Notes: generated by a model not told the origin, from the sequence alone. Positions 42,685-53,371 are shown, counted from the first letter of the stretch. The stretch is DNA of 64,000 nucleotides from an uncultured delta proteobacterium (GCA_963850305.1 CAWKKR010000009.1:1-64000), one strand, 5' to 3'. A program made the numbers and translations.

Positions 42685-45600
42685 CCTTGACGCTGACGAT
42701 CCGCGACACGCCGGGCTCACCCATTGTGACGCCGTAGAGGACATCGACCGATTGCATCGTGCTCTTGACGTGCGTGATAACGATGAACTGCGAGCGATCA
42801 GTCATGGATTTAATAGCGTCGTTGTAGCGCCGCACGTTCGCCTCGTCGAGCGGCGCATCGACTTCATCCAGGACGCAAAACGGCGATGGCCGATGCCGGA
42901 AGATTGCGAAAATGAGCGCCGTTGCGGTGAGAGCCTTTTCCCCGCCGCTCATTAGTTCGATGTTCCCGAGGCGCTTGCCTGGTGGCTGCGCCGCGATGTC
43001 GACGCCGGTCTCGAGCATGTCCTCCGGATTCGTGAGCAGCAACTCCGCGCGGCCCCCGCGGAACATCTCGTGAAAAGTCTTCCGAAACAGCTCGTTGACG
43101 GCGTCGAAGGTTTCCTTGAAGCGCCGCCGGGATTCCCGATTCATGTGCTTAATGGCACGCTCGAGATCCGCCAGAGCCTTTTCGATGTCGTCCTTCTGCG
43201 CCGTCAGATCGACATAACGTTTCTCGGCTTCTTCGAACTCCGTCTTGGCGTCGAGGTTTACCGGCCCCATGCGCTCGATCAGCTTCGACAGTTCGTCGAT
43301 GCGCCGGCGATGTTCCGTGTCCACGGCTGGGCGCGCGTGATATTTCCCGATGACCCGTTGCAATTCGAGGCCACGGAAGCGCTCCCGGACGCCTCGAAGC
43401 AGATGCTCGCGCTCGAGTTCCAGCTTCTGGACTCTGAGTTCGTGCTCCCGTCCGCGCTCCTCGGCGGAAGTGAGCGTCGAGCGGAGAGTCCGGAGGGTCG
43501 CTTCGCGGGCGCCGAGAGCGGAGCGAATCTGCTCCAAGAGGCGGCGGACGTCGTCGTGCTCGCGATGAAGAGCTCGGGCGACGTCATTTGCCGCGCGCAG
43601 TGATTCGGTCACGCGCATCATGATCGCCGCAGTCTCGCCGAACCCACGCGCGGACTCGACCGAATCGCGCTCGAGTTTCGCGATCCGATCTTCGTGTTCG
43701 TCGATCGACGCAGCGAGACGTTCGGCGGCGCCCCGCGCGGCGTCCAGCTGTTCGCGCACCTGCGCGAGCCGCACCTTGCGTTCGGTCACGAGGGCCGCAT
43801 GCGCCGAGACCCGGTCCTTCCACGCCGTCGCTCCCTCGGAAGCGCGCGCGAACGCGACTTGCGATTGCTCCTGGCGGTGCTCGAGCGCATCCAGCTCGGA
43901 CCGTGCGCTCGCCTCTTCTTGCGCCGACGACTCGATCGAGCGTCCGAGTTCGGCAAGCTCGAGTTCGAGCGCGGTCCTTCGCCGAGCGGACCGTTCGACC
44001 TCGCTCAGTGTGCGCGACAGATCTTTCTCTGCGCTCACGTGCGCGATCTCATTCTCCACGGCGCCCGCCCGCGCCCGATCGAGGGAGGCGCCCAGCTCTG
44101 TCATGCGCGCCCGAATAGCTCGATGAGCGTCGGCGGCGTCGTGAACTTGCCGCTCCAGCCGCTCCACGTCGTGGGTGAGCTGACGGATCTCGCGCTTCTG
44201 TTCGACCATCGCCGAGGCGACATCGTCGCTAGATCCGCCGCTTATGAGCCCCCCCGCCCGCGCGACCGTGCCGTCCAACGACACCGCCGTGGCGTGGTGC
44301 GCGCGAGAGAGGCAAACGGCGTCTTCGGCGGTCCGACACAAGATCGCGTCGCCTACCAATCCGCGAACGAGGTCCTCATGCTCCTCCGTATAGTGCAGGA
44401 AGTCGATCACGTAACCGAGCGCGTCTGGTGGTTCGGGTGAAAGGATTCTCGGAGCTCCGGCGATGTAGCGTGGATTCGCCGGCACCACCGTCGCTCGCCC
44501 GCGGCCCGTCGAGCGCAAACCATCGAGAAGGGCAACTCCACGTTCAGGGTCCGAGACGATGACGCACTGAAGCGTGTCACCGAGCAGACCGGCGAGGGCA
44601 GCCGTGTGGACCTCGTCGACCTCGATGCGGTCCGCGACCATGCCGAGCACCCCGGCATCTCCCGACGACAGGAGCGCGCGAACGCCGGTACCGACGCCTT
44701 CGAGACGTCGGTGCAGATCTTCGAGCGCGCGCAAGCGGTTGCGACGGAGTCCGAGCTCATTTTTCGCCGAATCGAGCTGCCGCTCGGCATCGAGGGACTG
44801 CGGGCGCAACGCCTCACGCTCGCGTTCCAAACCACCGAGTTCCTCAGCGCTCAGGCGCTTTCCTTCGGCTCTCTCCGCGACGCTGCGTCGTAGGGCCGCC
44901 TCGTGCGACGTCAGATCCGCGATCTCCTCGGCTATCCGCTCGAGTTCGGTCAGGGTGCGAGCCCTGCGTTCGCGCGTCTCTTCGGTGCGTCGGCGAAAGC
45001 CGTCCAGGCGTGCGCGGAGCGCGGCGGACGAGGTCGTGGCACCGGTAACGTCGGCTCGCGCCGCCTCGGCCACTTCATGGGCGGTCGCTTCTTCGGCCTG
45101 CAAGGCGACGAGCGCCTGCTCTTCACCCGAAGCATCAGCTTCGCGGGCTTCTGCGTCGCGTCCGAGGGACTGCATGCGTCCGGCGAGTTCGCCACGTTCC
45201 GCGACGAGTTGGGCGAGCTTGAGGCTCAGACTATCGTGCGCCGAGGCAGCCGTTTTCAACCGATCGTCCAGATGAGCGAGGTGATCTCGCGAGCGCGTCA
45301 GTTCGGCTTGCAGCGTACTCACGTCGTTGTCTGCTCCGAACGCCGCTCGGGAAAGCTCCTCCGATTTTTCTTCGACGTTCCCTGCCTCGTTGCGCGCCGC
45401 GATGAGCGCAGTTTCGTCAGCCTGCACGCTCTCCCTCGCGTCGCCAGCCTCCATCGCCGCGGACGTCAGCGCATCGCGTTCCACTCGTTCCAGGACGATG
45501 AGCTCGAGCAGTTGATGACTGCTCTGGTGCAAACTCAGTTCTTCCAACTCCTCGCGGTAGGTGACGAAGCGTTCCGCCTTCGCGGCTTGACGCTTGAGCG

Positions 45601-46231
45601 ATGCGCGGGTTCTGTCGATTTCAGCCACGATGTCGCTCACGCGAAGCAGATTTTGCCGCGTCTGCTCCATCTTGCGCTCGGCATCGCGCCTGTGTTTCTT
45701 GTATTTGGTGATCCCTGCAGCTTCTTCGATGAAGAGCCTTCGATCTTCGGGACGAGCCGTCACTATCTGCCCAATGCGGCCCTGTTCGACGATCGAGTAG
45801 GCCTTCGTTCCCACCCCGGTTCCGAGGAAAAGATCTTGCACGTCGCGCAGGCGAACCTGGGTTTTATTGATGAGATATTCGCTCGTTCCGTCGCGGAAGA
45901 GCCGCCGAGAGACGGCGATTTCGGGGTATGCCGCAAACTCAGGCGGCAGCGTCGCTGCATACGCCTTGTCCCCGTTATCGAAGGTCATGGTGACTTCGGC
46001 GAACCCATGCGGCCCACGGGATTCGGAGCCGTTGAAGATCACGTCCTCCATGGACTTACCGCGTAAGTGTTTGGGGCTTTGCTCGCCCATGCACCAACGG
46101 ATCGAGTCGACGATGTTGGACTTACCGCAACCGTTCGGGCCGACGACGCCAATGACGTCGTGGTCGAAGTGGATTACCGTGCGGTCCACGAAGGACTTGA
46201 ATCCGCAGATCTCCAGCTTCTTGATGTGCAT
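42596..46231 (-). CDS. smc: Chromosome segregation protein SMC
   Basis: GFKSF, GPNGCGKSN, coiled coils, hinge GG motif, MSGGEKAL, LDEVDAPLD. Confidence 0.98.
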   Translation of the reverse strand: MHIKKLEICGFKSFVDRTVIHFDHDVIGVVGPNGCGKSNIVDSIRWCMGEQSPKHLRGKSMEDVIFNGSESRGPHGFAEVTMTFDNGDKAYAATLPPEFAAYPEIAVSRRLFRDGTSEYLINKTQVRLRDVQDLFLGTGVGTKAYSIVEQGRIGQIVTARPEDRRLFIEEAAGITKYKKHRRDAERKMEQTRQNLLRVSDIVAEIDRTRASLKRQAAKAERFVTYREELEELSLHQSSHQLLELIVLERVERDALTSAAMEAGDARESVQADETALIAARNEAGNVEEKSEELSRAAFGADNDVSTLQAELTRSRDHLAHLDDRLKTAASAHDSLSLKLAQLVAERGELAGRMQSLGRDAEAREADASGEEQALVALQAEEATAHEVAEAARADVTGATTSSAALRARLDGFRRRTEETRERRARTLTELERIAEEIADLTSHEAALRRSVAERAEGKRLSAEELGGLEREREALRPQSLDAERQLDSAKNELGLRRNRLRALEDLHRRLEGVGTGVRALLSSGDAGVLGMVADRIEVDEVHTAALAGLLGDTLQCVIVSDPERGVALLDGLRSTGRGRATVVPANPRYIAGAPRILSPEPPDALGYVIDFLHYTEEHEDLVRGLVGDAILCRTAEDAVCLSRAHHATAVSLDGTVARAGGLISGGSSDDVASAMVEQKREIRQLTHDVERLERQVHDAADAHRAIRARMTELGASLDRARAGAVENEIAHVSAEKDLSRTLSEVERSARRRTALELELAELGRSIESSAQEEASARSELDALEHRQEQSQVAFARASEGATAWKDRVSAHAALVTERKVRLAQVREQLDAARGAAERLAASIDEHEDRIAKLERDSVESARGFGETAAIMMRVTESLRAANDVARALHREHDDVRRLLEQIRSALGAREATLRTLRSTLTSAEERGREHELRVQKLELEREHLLRGVRERFRGLELQRVIGKYHARPAVDTEHRRRIDELSKLIERMGPVNLDAKTEFEEAEKRYVDLTAQKDDIEKALADLERAIKHMNRESRRRFKETFDAVNELFRKTFHEMFRGGRAELLLTNPEDMLETGVDIAAQPPGKRLGNIELMSGGEKALTATALIFAIFRHRPSPFCVLDEVDAPLDEANVRRYNDAIKSMTDRSQFIVITHVKSTMQSVDVLYGVTMGEPGVSRIVSVKVNDEATNRSERRGRLDSQTPVEESVASVA

Positions 46232-46395
46232 TCGACTGTCGTTCCTCTGACACGACCATCCGCGCCCCGCGAACCGAAGGGTACGCGCGATTCTCGCTGG
46301 CTCCAGCGAGCGTGACGCTTCGATGGTCGCTCGTTTTAGTTAACCGTTCCCTCGGTGCGCTTCGATGAAAGCGGCAAGTCCTGGCTTCGCCGTCA

Positions 46396-46530
46396 GCATG
46401 TGATGTATGGTCACGTCAGCTCACCCTGAAAGGATTAGCACCAGTTTACGGTTCCTCACAAGGTAATCTTGCACGGGTTTTCCCCGGGGCGTCCGCCGGC
46501 GGTCGAGGTACGCATGTGATTGATGGTCAC
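46396..46530. promoter_or_regulatory. Two near-identical operator-like sites
   Basis: GCATGTGATGTATGGTCAC (46396-46414) and GCATGTGATTGATGGTCAC (46512-46530). Confidence 0.6.
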
Positions 46531-46622
46531 TTGAATCGACGGTCTCGCGGCGACGGCGCGTTGACAGGAGTGGGTTCGCTGAACATCAATGACCGGGGTA
46601 GAATGATTACCGGAGAGTTCCG

Positions 46623-46946
46623 ATGACCTATGAGTACGCCTGCGCCGCCTGTGGCCACGAATGGGAGGCCGAGCAGTCCATTCGAGCTCAGGCTCTGAAA
46701 AAGTGCCCCAAATGCGGAAAACTGGAGGCAAAGCGCCAGATCTCCCGGGGGGCTGGCTTCATCTTGAAGGGCGGGGGGTGGTATGCCGACGGCTACGGAT
46801 CGGCCGGGTCGAGTGCCGGAAAAAAAGCCGGCAGCGAGAAAAGTGAGGGCTCGACGTCCGGCGGTTCGGGTGGCGACAAGGGATCGAGTTCGAGCGCTGC
46901 CACGGCGCCCTCCGGAGATTCGAAGAGCAAGACCGCAGCGGCCTGA
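46623..46946 (+). CDS. FmdB-family zinc-ribbon protein
   Basis: YEYACAACG...CPKCG...FILKGGGWY and a low-complexity Ser/Gly tail. Confidence 0.9.
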   Translation: MTYEYACAACGHEWEAEQSIRAQALKKCPKCGKLEAKRQISRGAGFILKGGGWYADGYGSAGSSAGKKAGSEKSEGSTSGGSGGDKGSSSSAATAPSGDSKSKTAAA

Positions 46947-46967
46947 AAGCTGGGTAGGCTCGAACCG

Positions 46968-48032
46968 ATGGATGGGAAAACGCGGCTTAACGAGATCCGG
47001 GCAAGCATCACCGCGCTCGATCGACAGCTAGCTCGCGTTCTCGAAGAACGGGCGAAGCTTTCGCGTCAGATCCAGGCGCTTGGTGAGATCGGTGGTGTCG
47101 CAACGGACGCCGAGCGGGACGTGCTCCGCTTCTTGAACGAGGAACCGGAAGGGGAGCTTCCCAAGGAAGCTCTGCGCGCGATATTCGCTCAGGTGGCGGC
47201 GACGTCCCGCGCGCTCGAGCGATCGCTGAGAGTCGCGTACGTCGGTCCCGAAGGCGGCTTCGGGCATCAGATGGCAAAGCTCCACTTCGGCCCCGGCGCA
47301 GTCTTGCTCGAGAGCGCGACGGTCGCCGATGCTCTCGAGGAGGTTCTTCGACAACGAGCGTCGTTCTGCGCATTTTCGTTCGATACCTCGGTGGATGGAT
47401 TGAGTCTCCCCGCGGTCTCGGCGCTCGCAGAGACGGAGCTGGTGCTCGTCGGTGAGCGCACATTACCCGCCAAGCTTTGCCTCATGAACATGGCCGGGAC
47501 CGGTCCGATCGGACGGCTCTATTCCACGTCGACTGGCCACGCCATGTCGGAGAGGTTCAGGAAGCGCGAATATTTGCAGGCCGTCGTGCTGGACGTGCGC
47601 TCCCCGGTCGAAGCGGTGCGCCGCGCGAAGGAAGAGCCAGGTGCTGCAGCGGTCGTTCCAGAAGCCTGCGGCCGCGAGCTCGGTCTCGAAGTCGTCAAGG
47701 AGAATGTCGGCGATGAACCTGCATTGCGGTGTCGCTACGGCATCGTCGGAACGCGCCCCGCCAGCCGATCGGGGAGCGACACGACGTGCTTGCTTTTCAG
47801 TCTGGACGACGCGCCGGGTACGCTGTTTGAGGTACTCGGGCACTTCGCCGAGCGCGGCATCAACTTGAAAAAAATTCAGTCACGCCCGGTGCGCGGAGCG
47901 AGCTGGGACTACATCTTCTACGTGGAGGTCAGCGGACACGTCACCGACCGCGCCGTTGTGACGGCGATCGAGGCCGTCAAGGGCTCGACGAAATACCTGA
48001 AGCTCCTCGGATCCTTTCCGACCGAAGTGTGA
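46968..48032 (+). CDS. pheA: Chorismate mutase / prephenate dehydratase-like protein with ACT domain (divergent)
   Basis: N-terminal AroQ-like helices, VAYVGPEG, ACT domain GINLKKIQSRP...WDYIFYVE; pheA-hisC-aroA-cmk synteny. Confidence 0.85.
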   Translation: MDGKTRLNEIRASITALDRQLARVLEERAKLSRQIQALGEIGGVATDAERDVLRFLNEEPEGELPKEALRAIFAQVAATSRALERSLRVAYVGPEGGFGHQMAKLHFGPGAVLLESATVADALEEVLRQRASFCAFSFDTSVDGLSLPAVSALAETELVLVGERTLPAKLCLMNMAGTGPIGRLYSTSTGHAMSERFRKREYLQAVVLDVRSPVEAVRRAKEEPGAAAVVPEACGRELGLEVVKENVGDEPALRCRYGIVGTRPASRSGSDTTCLLFSLDDAPGTLFEVLGHFAERGINLKKIQSRPVRGASWDYIFYVEVSGHVTDRAVVTAIEAVKGSTKYLKLLGSFPTEV

Positions 48033-48099
48033 GCGGGAGAGCAACCGGGGCGTTCGGACGAGCTGCCCCGCGCGTGCTTTGGTGTACGCTCCGCGCCGC

Positions 48100-49182
48100 A
48101 TGAGCCTCGAAGTCACCCCGACCATCGCCCGGCTTCGTCCTTACGAGGCGGGCAAACCGCTCGAGGAGCTCGCGCGCGAGCTCGGAATCGCCGATGCTAT
48201 CAAGCTTGCATCGAACGAGAACCCTCTGGGGCCTTCGCCGAAGGCGGTCGACGCCGCCCGCGCGGCTCTCTCGGCTGCGCACCGGTACCCTGACGCGAGC
48301 GCCCACCATCTCAGGGCACGCCTTGCGGCGAAGCTCGGTGTTTCGACGGAGGAGGTCATCCAGGGGAACGGCTCGAACGAATTGCTCGAGCTGCTGGTCC
48401 GCACGTTCACCACACCGGCCGACCACGTCGTGTTCGCCGACCCGTCGTTCGTCGTCTATCAGCTTGCGTGTCTGGCGCACGGCGTCTCCTTCACCGCCGT
48501 GCCGCTCGTGCATGACGTCCACGATCTGTCGGCAATGGCCGCTGCAGTCACGCCGAAGACGCGACTCATCTTCGTCGCAAATCCGAATAACCCGACAGGT
48601 ACCTACGTCGGGCGCCGCGCGATGGAAGAGTTCTTGCGTTCGATTCCTGGACACGTCCTGGTCGCTCTCGACGAGGCGTATTGCGAATACGCCGACGCCC
48701 CGGACTATCCCGACGGGGTGGAACTTCGACGGGTGAACGAGCGACTGGTCGTGTTGAGGACGTTCTCGAAGGTCTACGGCCTGGCGGCGCTGCGAGTGGG
48801 ATACGCCGTCGCGATGCCAGAAATCGTCGACTACATGAATCGCGTGCGGGCACCCTTCAACGTAAGTTCGCCGGGGCAGGCAGCAGCTCTGGCGGCTCTG
48901 GATGACGTCGAGCACGTCGCGCGCAGCGTCCGCGAAAACGCCGTGGAGCGGACGCGCATCGGTCGTGAGCTCGCGTCGATGGCCGTTGGGGTGACTCCGA
49001 GTCAGGCCAATTTCGTGTATTGCGAATTCCGACGGCCGGCACGCGCGATCTACGAGGCGCTTCTGCGGAAAGGGGTCATCGTGCGACCGTTCGGCTCTTT
49101 GCCGACGAAGTTGCGCGTCACGGTCGGAACGGGCACGGAGAACGATCGCTTTCTCGGGGCGCTGCGCGAGGTGCTGTTGTGA
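48100..49182 (+). CDS. hisC: Histidinol-phosphate aminotransferase
   Basis: KLASNENP, NPNNPTG, DEAY, RTFSKVYGLAALRVG. Confidence 0.95.
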   Translation: MSLEVTPTIARLRPYEAGKPLEELARELGIADAIKLASNENPLGPSPKAVDAARAALSAAHRYPDASAHHLRARLAAKLGVSTEEVIQGNGSNELLELLVRTFTTPADHVVFADPSFVVYQLACLAHGVSFTAVPLVHDVHDLSAMAAAVTPKTRLIFVANPNNPTGTYVGRRAMEEFLRSIPGHVLVALDEAYCEYADAPDYPDGVELRRVNERLVVLRTFSKVYGLAALRVGYAVAMPEIVDYMNRVRAPFNVSSPGQAAALAALDDVEHVARSVRENAVERTRIGRELASMAVGVTPSQANFVYCEFRRPARAIYEALLRKGVIVRPFGSLPTKLRVTVGTGTENDRFLGALREVLL

Positions 49183-49216
49183 ATTCGGGGCTCCATCCGT
49201 CTCGGGGAGGCCGACC

Positions 49217-50569
49217 GTGAGCCGTGTTCTGGTCCGTCCGGCGGAAAGACCGCTGAGCGGCGGCGTCCCGGTTCCGAGTGACAAGAGCATCGGCCACCGG
49301 TCGTTCATCTTCGCGTCGCTCGCAAAGGGAACCTCGATCGTCAGGAGCTTTTCGTACGGCGAGGACAACGTCGCGACGATGAAGGCGTTCGCGTCGATGG
49401 GCGTGGGCGTAACCGACGATGGCTGCGGTACCGTGACTGTCGAGGGGCGCGGTCTCGTCGATCTGGCGGCGCCGCGGGACGCGATCGACTGCGGCAATTC
49501 CGGCACGACGATGAGACTCCTCGCGGGCGTTCTCTCCGCGCAGCCGTTTCGGTCGCGCCTGACGGGAGATGCCTCGTTGTCGCGGCGTCCGATGGGGCGC
49601 ATCGCGAGGCCGCTCCGTGCCCGGGGCGCATCCGTCGAGGGTGCGCCGCACGCCACGCGCAAGGAGGAGATCACGGCGCCCCTCGACGTCGGGCCGCTAG
49701 CTCCCGGCGCTCGGCTCGCGGGGCTGGAGTACCGTCTGCCCGTCTCGAGCGCGCAGGTGAAGAGCGCTCTGTTGTTATCCGGATTGTTCGCGTCCGGACC
49801 GACGATTCTTTACGAACCACTCGCATCGCGGGATCACACGGAGCGCATGCTTGCGGCCCTCGGCATTCCGCTTCGCGCGGCGGGTACGATGGTGAGTCTC
49901 GAGCCGCCGGAGCGTGCGGACGCGATCCGTGCCTTCGACGTCGATCTCCCCGGCGATCTGTCGGCGGCGGCATTTCTTCTCTGCGCTGCCGAGATCGTCG
50001 AAGGAAGCGTGGTCACGACGCGGCGCACCGGCCTGAATCCGACGCGCGCGGGGATCCTCGACATCATTCGCATGCTGGGCGGTTTTATCGCCACGGAGCC
50101 ACAGGGGGACGTGCTCGGGGAGCCGTTCGGTCTCACGACGGCAAGGTTCTCCGAACTCCATGCGCGACCGGTCGGTGGAGAACTCGCGACACGCAGCATC
50201 GACGAGATCCCCGTGGCGTGCGTGCTGGCGGCACGCGCCGCAGGGACCACGGTCTTCAGCGACGTCGGAGAGCTACGGGTCAAGGAATCGGACCGCATCG
50301 CCCGCGTCGTGGCGCTGCTGCGCGATTTCGGCGTCGAGGCAGAGGAGAGTGAGGATGGGTTTTCCGTGCTCGGCCGGCCCGAGGGGCGTCTCCGCGCCGC
50401 CCGAGTGACGAGCCACGGCGATCACCGAATCGCGATGACCGCCTGCGTGCTCGGGCTGGTCGCGGAGGGCGAGACCGTCGTGGAGGACGCGGATTGCATC
50501 GGAACCAGCTTCCCTCGGTTCGTCGGGACGCTCCGCGCGCTCGGGGCCGACGTCGAGGTCCGGCCGTGA
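49217..50569 (+). CDS. aroA: EPSP synthase
   Basis: DKSIGHR, GNSGTTMRL, SAQVKS, RDHTERML, KESDRI, DHRIAM. Confidence 0.97.
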   Translation: MSRVLVRPAERPLSGGVPVPSDKSIGHRSFIFASLAKGTSIVRSFSYGEDNVATMKAFASMGVGVTDDGCGTVTVEGRGLVDLAAPRDAIDCGNSGTTMRLLAGVLSAQPFRSRLTGDASLSRRPMGRIARPLRARGASVEGAPHATRKEEITAPLDVGPLAPGARLAGLEYRLPVSSAQVKSALLLSGLFASGPTILYEPLASRDHTERMLAALGIPLRAAGTMVSLEPPERADAIRAFDVDLPGDLSAAAFLLCAAEIVEGSVVTTRRTGLNPTRAGILDIIRMLGGFIATEPQGDVLGEPFGLTTARFSELHARPVGGELATRSIDEIPVACVLAARAAGTTVFSDVGELRVKESDRIARVVALLRDFGVEAEESEDGFSVLGRPEGRLRAARVTSHGDHRIAMTACVLGLVAEGETVVEDADCIGTSFPRFVGTLRALGADVEVRP

Positions 50570-51279
50570 CGATGCGTGAGCCCCGTATTGCGATCGACGG
50601 TCCGGCGGGAGCCGGCAAGAGCACGGTGTCACGACGCGTCGCCGACCGGCTGGGGTATCTGCTTCTCGACACGGGCGCGCTTTATCGATGCGTCGCGCTC
50701 GCAGCGAAGGACGCGACCATTGCGTGGACTGACGAAGCACGAGTCGGCGATCTTGCGCGCGCCATGGCTCAACGTGAAGCGATCCGGTTCGAAGCTGCCG
50801 CTGGAGGTCAGCGGATTCTGCTCGACGGAAGGGACGTCTCGAGCGCCATCCGAACGCAGGACATAGCGGAGGGGGCGAGCCAGGTGAGCGCCCTGGCTCC
50901 GGTGCGCGAAGCTCTGCTCGACATGCAGCGAGCCGCGGCTCGCGCGGGTGGCGTGGTCCTCGAAGGGCGCGACATAGGCACGGTCGTCCTCCCGGACGCG
51001 GAAGCGAAGTTTTTTCTGACCGCCTCGCTCGAGATCCGGACGGCCCGGCGCGTTCGCGATCTCGAAGAGCGTGGCCAACATGCCGTGCCGGAGGACATCG
51101 AACGCGAGGTCCGCCAGCGGGACGCGCGCGACACGATGCGAGCGGTCGCGCCGCTTCGGCAGGCGACGGATGCCTTTCTCGTCGACAGCACTCACATGAC
51201 GATCGAAGAGGTTGTCGATGCGATTGTCTCTCGCATCGCGGAAATCCGGTTCGCGCGGGCGTCCGAGAAGGCCGAGTGA
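50566..51279 (+). CDS. cmk: Cytidylate kinase
   Basis: IAIDGPAGAGKST, DTGALYR, EGRDIGTVV. Confidence 0.97.
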   Translation: MTMREPRIAIDGPAGAGKSTVSRRVADRLGYLLLDTGALYRCVALAAKDATIAWTDEARVGDLARAMAQREAIRFEAAAGGQRILLDGRDVSSAIRTQDIAEGASQVSALAPVREALLDMQRAAARAGGVVLEGRDIGTVVLPDAEAKFFLTASLEIRTARRVRDLEERGQHAVPEDIEREVRQRDARDTMRAVAPLRQATDAFLVDSTHMTIEEVVDAIVSRIAEIRFARASEKAE

Positions 51280-52223
51280 CGCTCGCGTCGCGTCCGGCTC
51301 GCATTGTGGCGGCGGGGGCGCTCATGATCGGGGTCGTCTCCTGTGTGGCGCGGATCCCGCCGCCACCCGCGGCTGCACCGTCCCTGGACCGGCCGAGCGC
51401 CGCGATCCCAGCAGATCTCGACGTCGCATTCCGGGTGGATCTCGACGCGGCGAAGCGATTCTTCGGGCCGAGCGTCGCTCGAGCGCTGCGGGTCAATCTG
51501 GTCGATCCTGCGACGGATCCCGCCATGGCAGCCTTTCTCGCCGACGCACTCGCAAGGACATCGACGGTGTGGGTCGCGCTGCGCCCGGGGCTCGCGGCCG
51601 ATGCAGCGGACAACGTCCTGATTCTTCGAGGCGCGTTTGGACAGCTCGAGCCAGGCGCGGACAGCGGCTTCGAGCCGCCCGTGGATCTGGGTGCGGCATT
51701 CCGGAGGTACGATCGCCCCGTTCCGAAGCGCCGCTCGGCGCCGGCTCGCGTCTATGCGCGCGCGAACGACTGGCTCGTCTTCGTGTCGAGCGCGGAGCTC
51801 GACAGCACCGCGCGCTCGCTCGATCGAGGGAGCAGTGATCCTCACCTCGATCCTCCGGATCGCGGCCTGTTCTCGCTGTCGGCGCGCGTCCCGCCGCTGG
51901 TCCCATTGCTCCTGCCGGGTTACCGTCCGCTCGCGGAGGCGCTCGCGGGCGCGACGATGCTCGACGCCAGCGTGCTCGCGGACGATCGCGGGCTGCGCGT
52001 GAACGTCGATGTTCGCTTCGAAACCGGCGGTGCGGCCGTCGAGGCTCGCGATCGCGCTCGGCTTCTGTTGGCGGTGCTCGGTCGCGCGACGGGGCTCGTC
52101 GGAAAACTTGCCCGAGGAGCCGTCGCAGACGCGGAAGCGACTACGCTTTTCGTGAAGATCGAGCTCGATGCCAGGGGTTTGTCCGAGGTAATAGGTTGCC
52201 TCACCGGAGCGAGCTGCGAATAG
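51276..52223 (+). CDS. Hypothetical lipoprotein
   Basis: Lipobox-like VVSC; translationally coupled to cmk. Confidence 0.65.
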   Translation: MTLASRPARIVAAGALMIGVVSCVARIPPPPAAAPSLDRPSAAIPADLDVAFRVDLDAAKRFFGPSVARALRVNLVDPATDPAMAAFLADALARTSTVWVALRPGLAADAADNVLILRGAFGQLEPGADSGFEPPVDLGAAFRRYDRPVPKRRSAPARVYARANDWLVFVSSAELDSTARSLDRGSSDPHLDPPDRGLFSLSARVPPLVPLLLPGYRPLAEALAGATMLDASVLADDRGLRVNVDVRFETGGAAVEARDRARLLLAVLGRATGLVGKLARGAVADAEATTLFVKIELDARGLSEVIGCLTGASCE

Positions 52224-53230
52224 TGCCCGCGCCGAGCCATTTGCCCGCCAACGGAACACCCCATCGAGATCGGCGCGGGCATTCGTTCCGGACGGTGGCA
52301 ATCGGCGGAGGGGTGCTCGCGGCCGTGATCGTGTCGGTGCTGATCGCTCTCTACGTCCGGTTCCTTCGCTACGAGCGCGTCGCGGTCCGTCACGTTCCCG
52401 AGGGGGCCGCATTTGTCGTTCGTCTCGACGTTGCGCAGGCGCCCCTCTATGAGCCCGTGCGACGGCGTCTGCTACCGCTGCTCGGTGGTCCGCTCTCCCT
52501 GCCGTCGGAAGGGGACGCTCGACTGTTCCGGATCGAGGAGCGCACCGATCTGCATTCCAGCGATCTGCGGGAAGTCGTCGTCGCGTTCGGGCCTGCCACG
52601 GCCGATTGGGTGATCGTGCTCGGCGGCATCTTTCCCGCGGGGCCGGGGATGGCCGTTCTCGCGGCGGCCCTGCACGCCGAGAGCCCGCGGTGGGCGGCGA
52701 GCTCGGACGGCGTGGCTTCGGTCTTCGACGGTCGAACCGCGATTGGTCGTGGGCGGGACGCCACCGTCGTGATCGCTTCGAGCGAGGCGTTGCTCCGGCG
52801 CGCCCTCGTTCCAGGGGGGGCGTACTCGGAGCTCGGTCTGTCGAACGAGGGCGCGGGAGCCCTGGCCGCCACGGCCGCGGGCGTGGGCGCTTTAACCAGG
52901 ATGGTGGGGTTGTTGCCTGCGCTCACCACCGGGCTCACGCACCTCACCGGCCAGCTGACGCTCGGCAATCGGCTAGAGTTGAAGCTCGTGGGGACGGACT
53001 CCGGCGACGGACACGCCGGCCGCGACGCTCGCGACGCCCTGGCCCGCGCGCGGGACTTCCAGCGCGGCGACTCTTCGCCCACCTCCACGTTGGTGGGCGC
53101 TCTGGCAGACCGAGCGGTGCTCCTCGCTCCCACGCCCCGCTCCTCGGCGGTTGTCCTCGTTTGGGAGCTGGAAGAGGTGGATCAGGCGTTTTCCTTGCTG
53201 GCCGACTCCGTTCGTGACCGATGGCGATAG
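52223..53230 (+). CDS. Hypothetical membrane-anchored protein
   Basis: Single N-terminal TM segment; overlaps the previous stop. Confidence 0.6.
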   Translation: MPAPSHLPANGTPHRDRRGHSFRTVAIGGGVLAAVIVSVLIALYVRFLRYERVAVRHVPEGAAFVVRLDVAQAPLYEPVRRRLLPLLGGPLSLPSEGDARLFRIEERTDLHSSDLREVVVAFGPATADWVIVLGGIFPAGPGMAVLAAALHAESPRWAASSDGVASVFDGRTAIGRGRDATVVIASSEALLRRALVPGGAYSELGLSNEGAGALAATAAGVGALTRMVGLLPALTTGLTHLTGQLTLGNRLELKLVGTDSGDGHAGRDARDALARARDFQRGDSSPTSTLVGALADRAVLLAPTPRSSAVVLVWELEEVDQAFSLLADSVRDRWR

Positions 53231-53371
53231 GCCTGGCCGGCGGTCCGAGCTGTTGACTCGACCGGGGGCGTGGGGTACCTGAGCCCCGCCGGCTCTTCGA
53301 CCCTCTCGAGCTCCGACTCGAGGCGGCTTCGCTCACGCCGAGATTCCGACGGAAGGTTCTCTACAATATCC

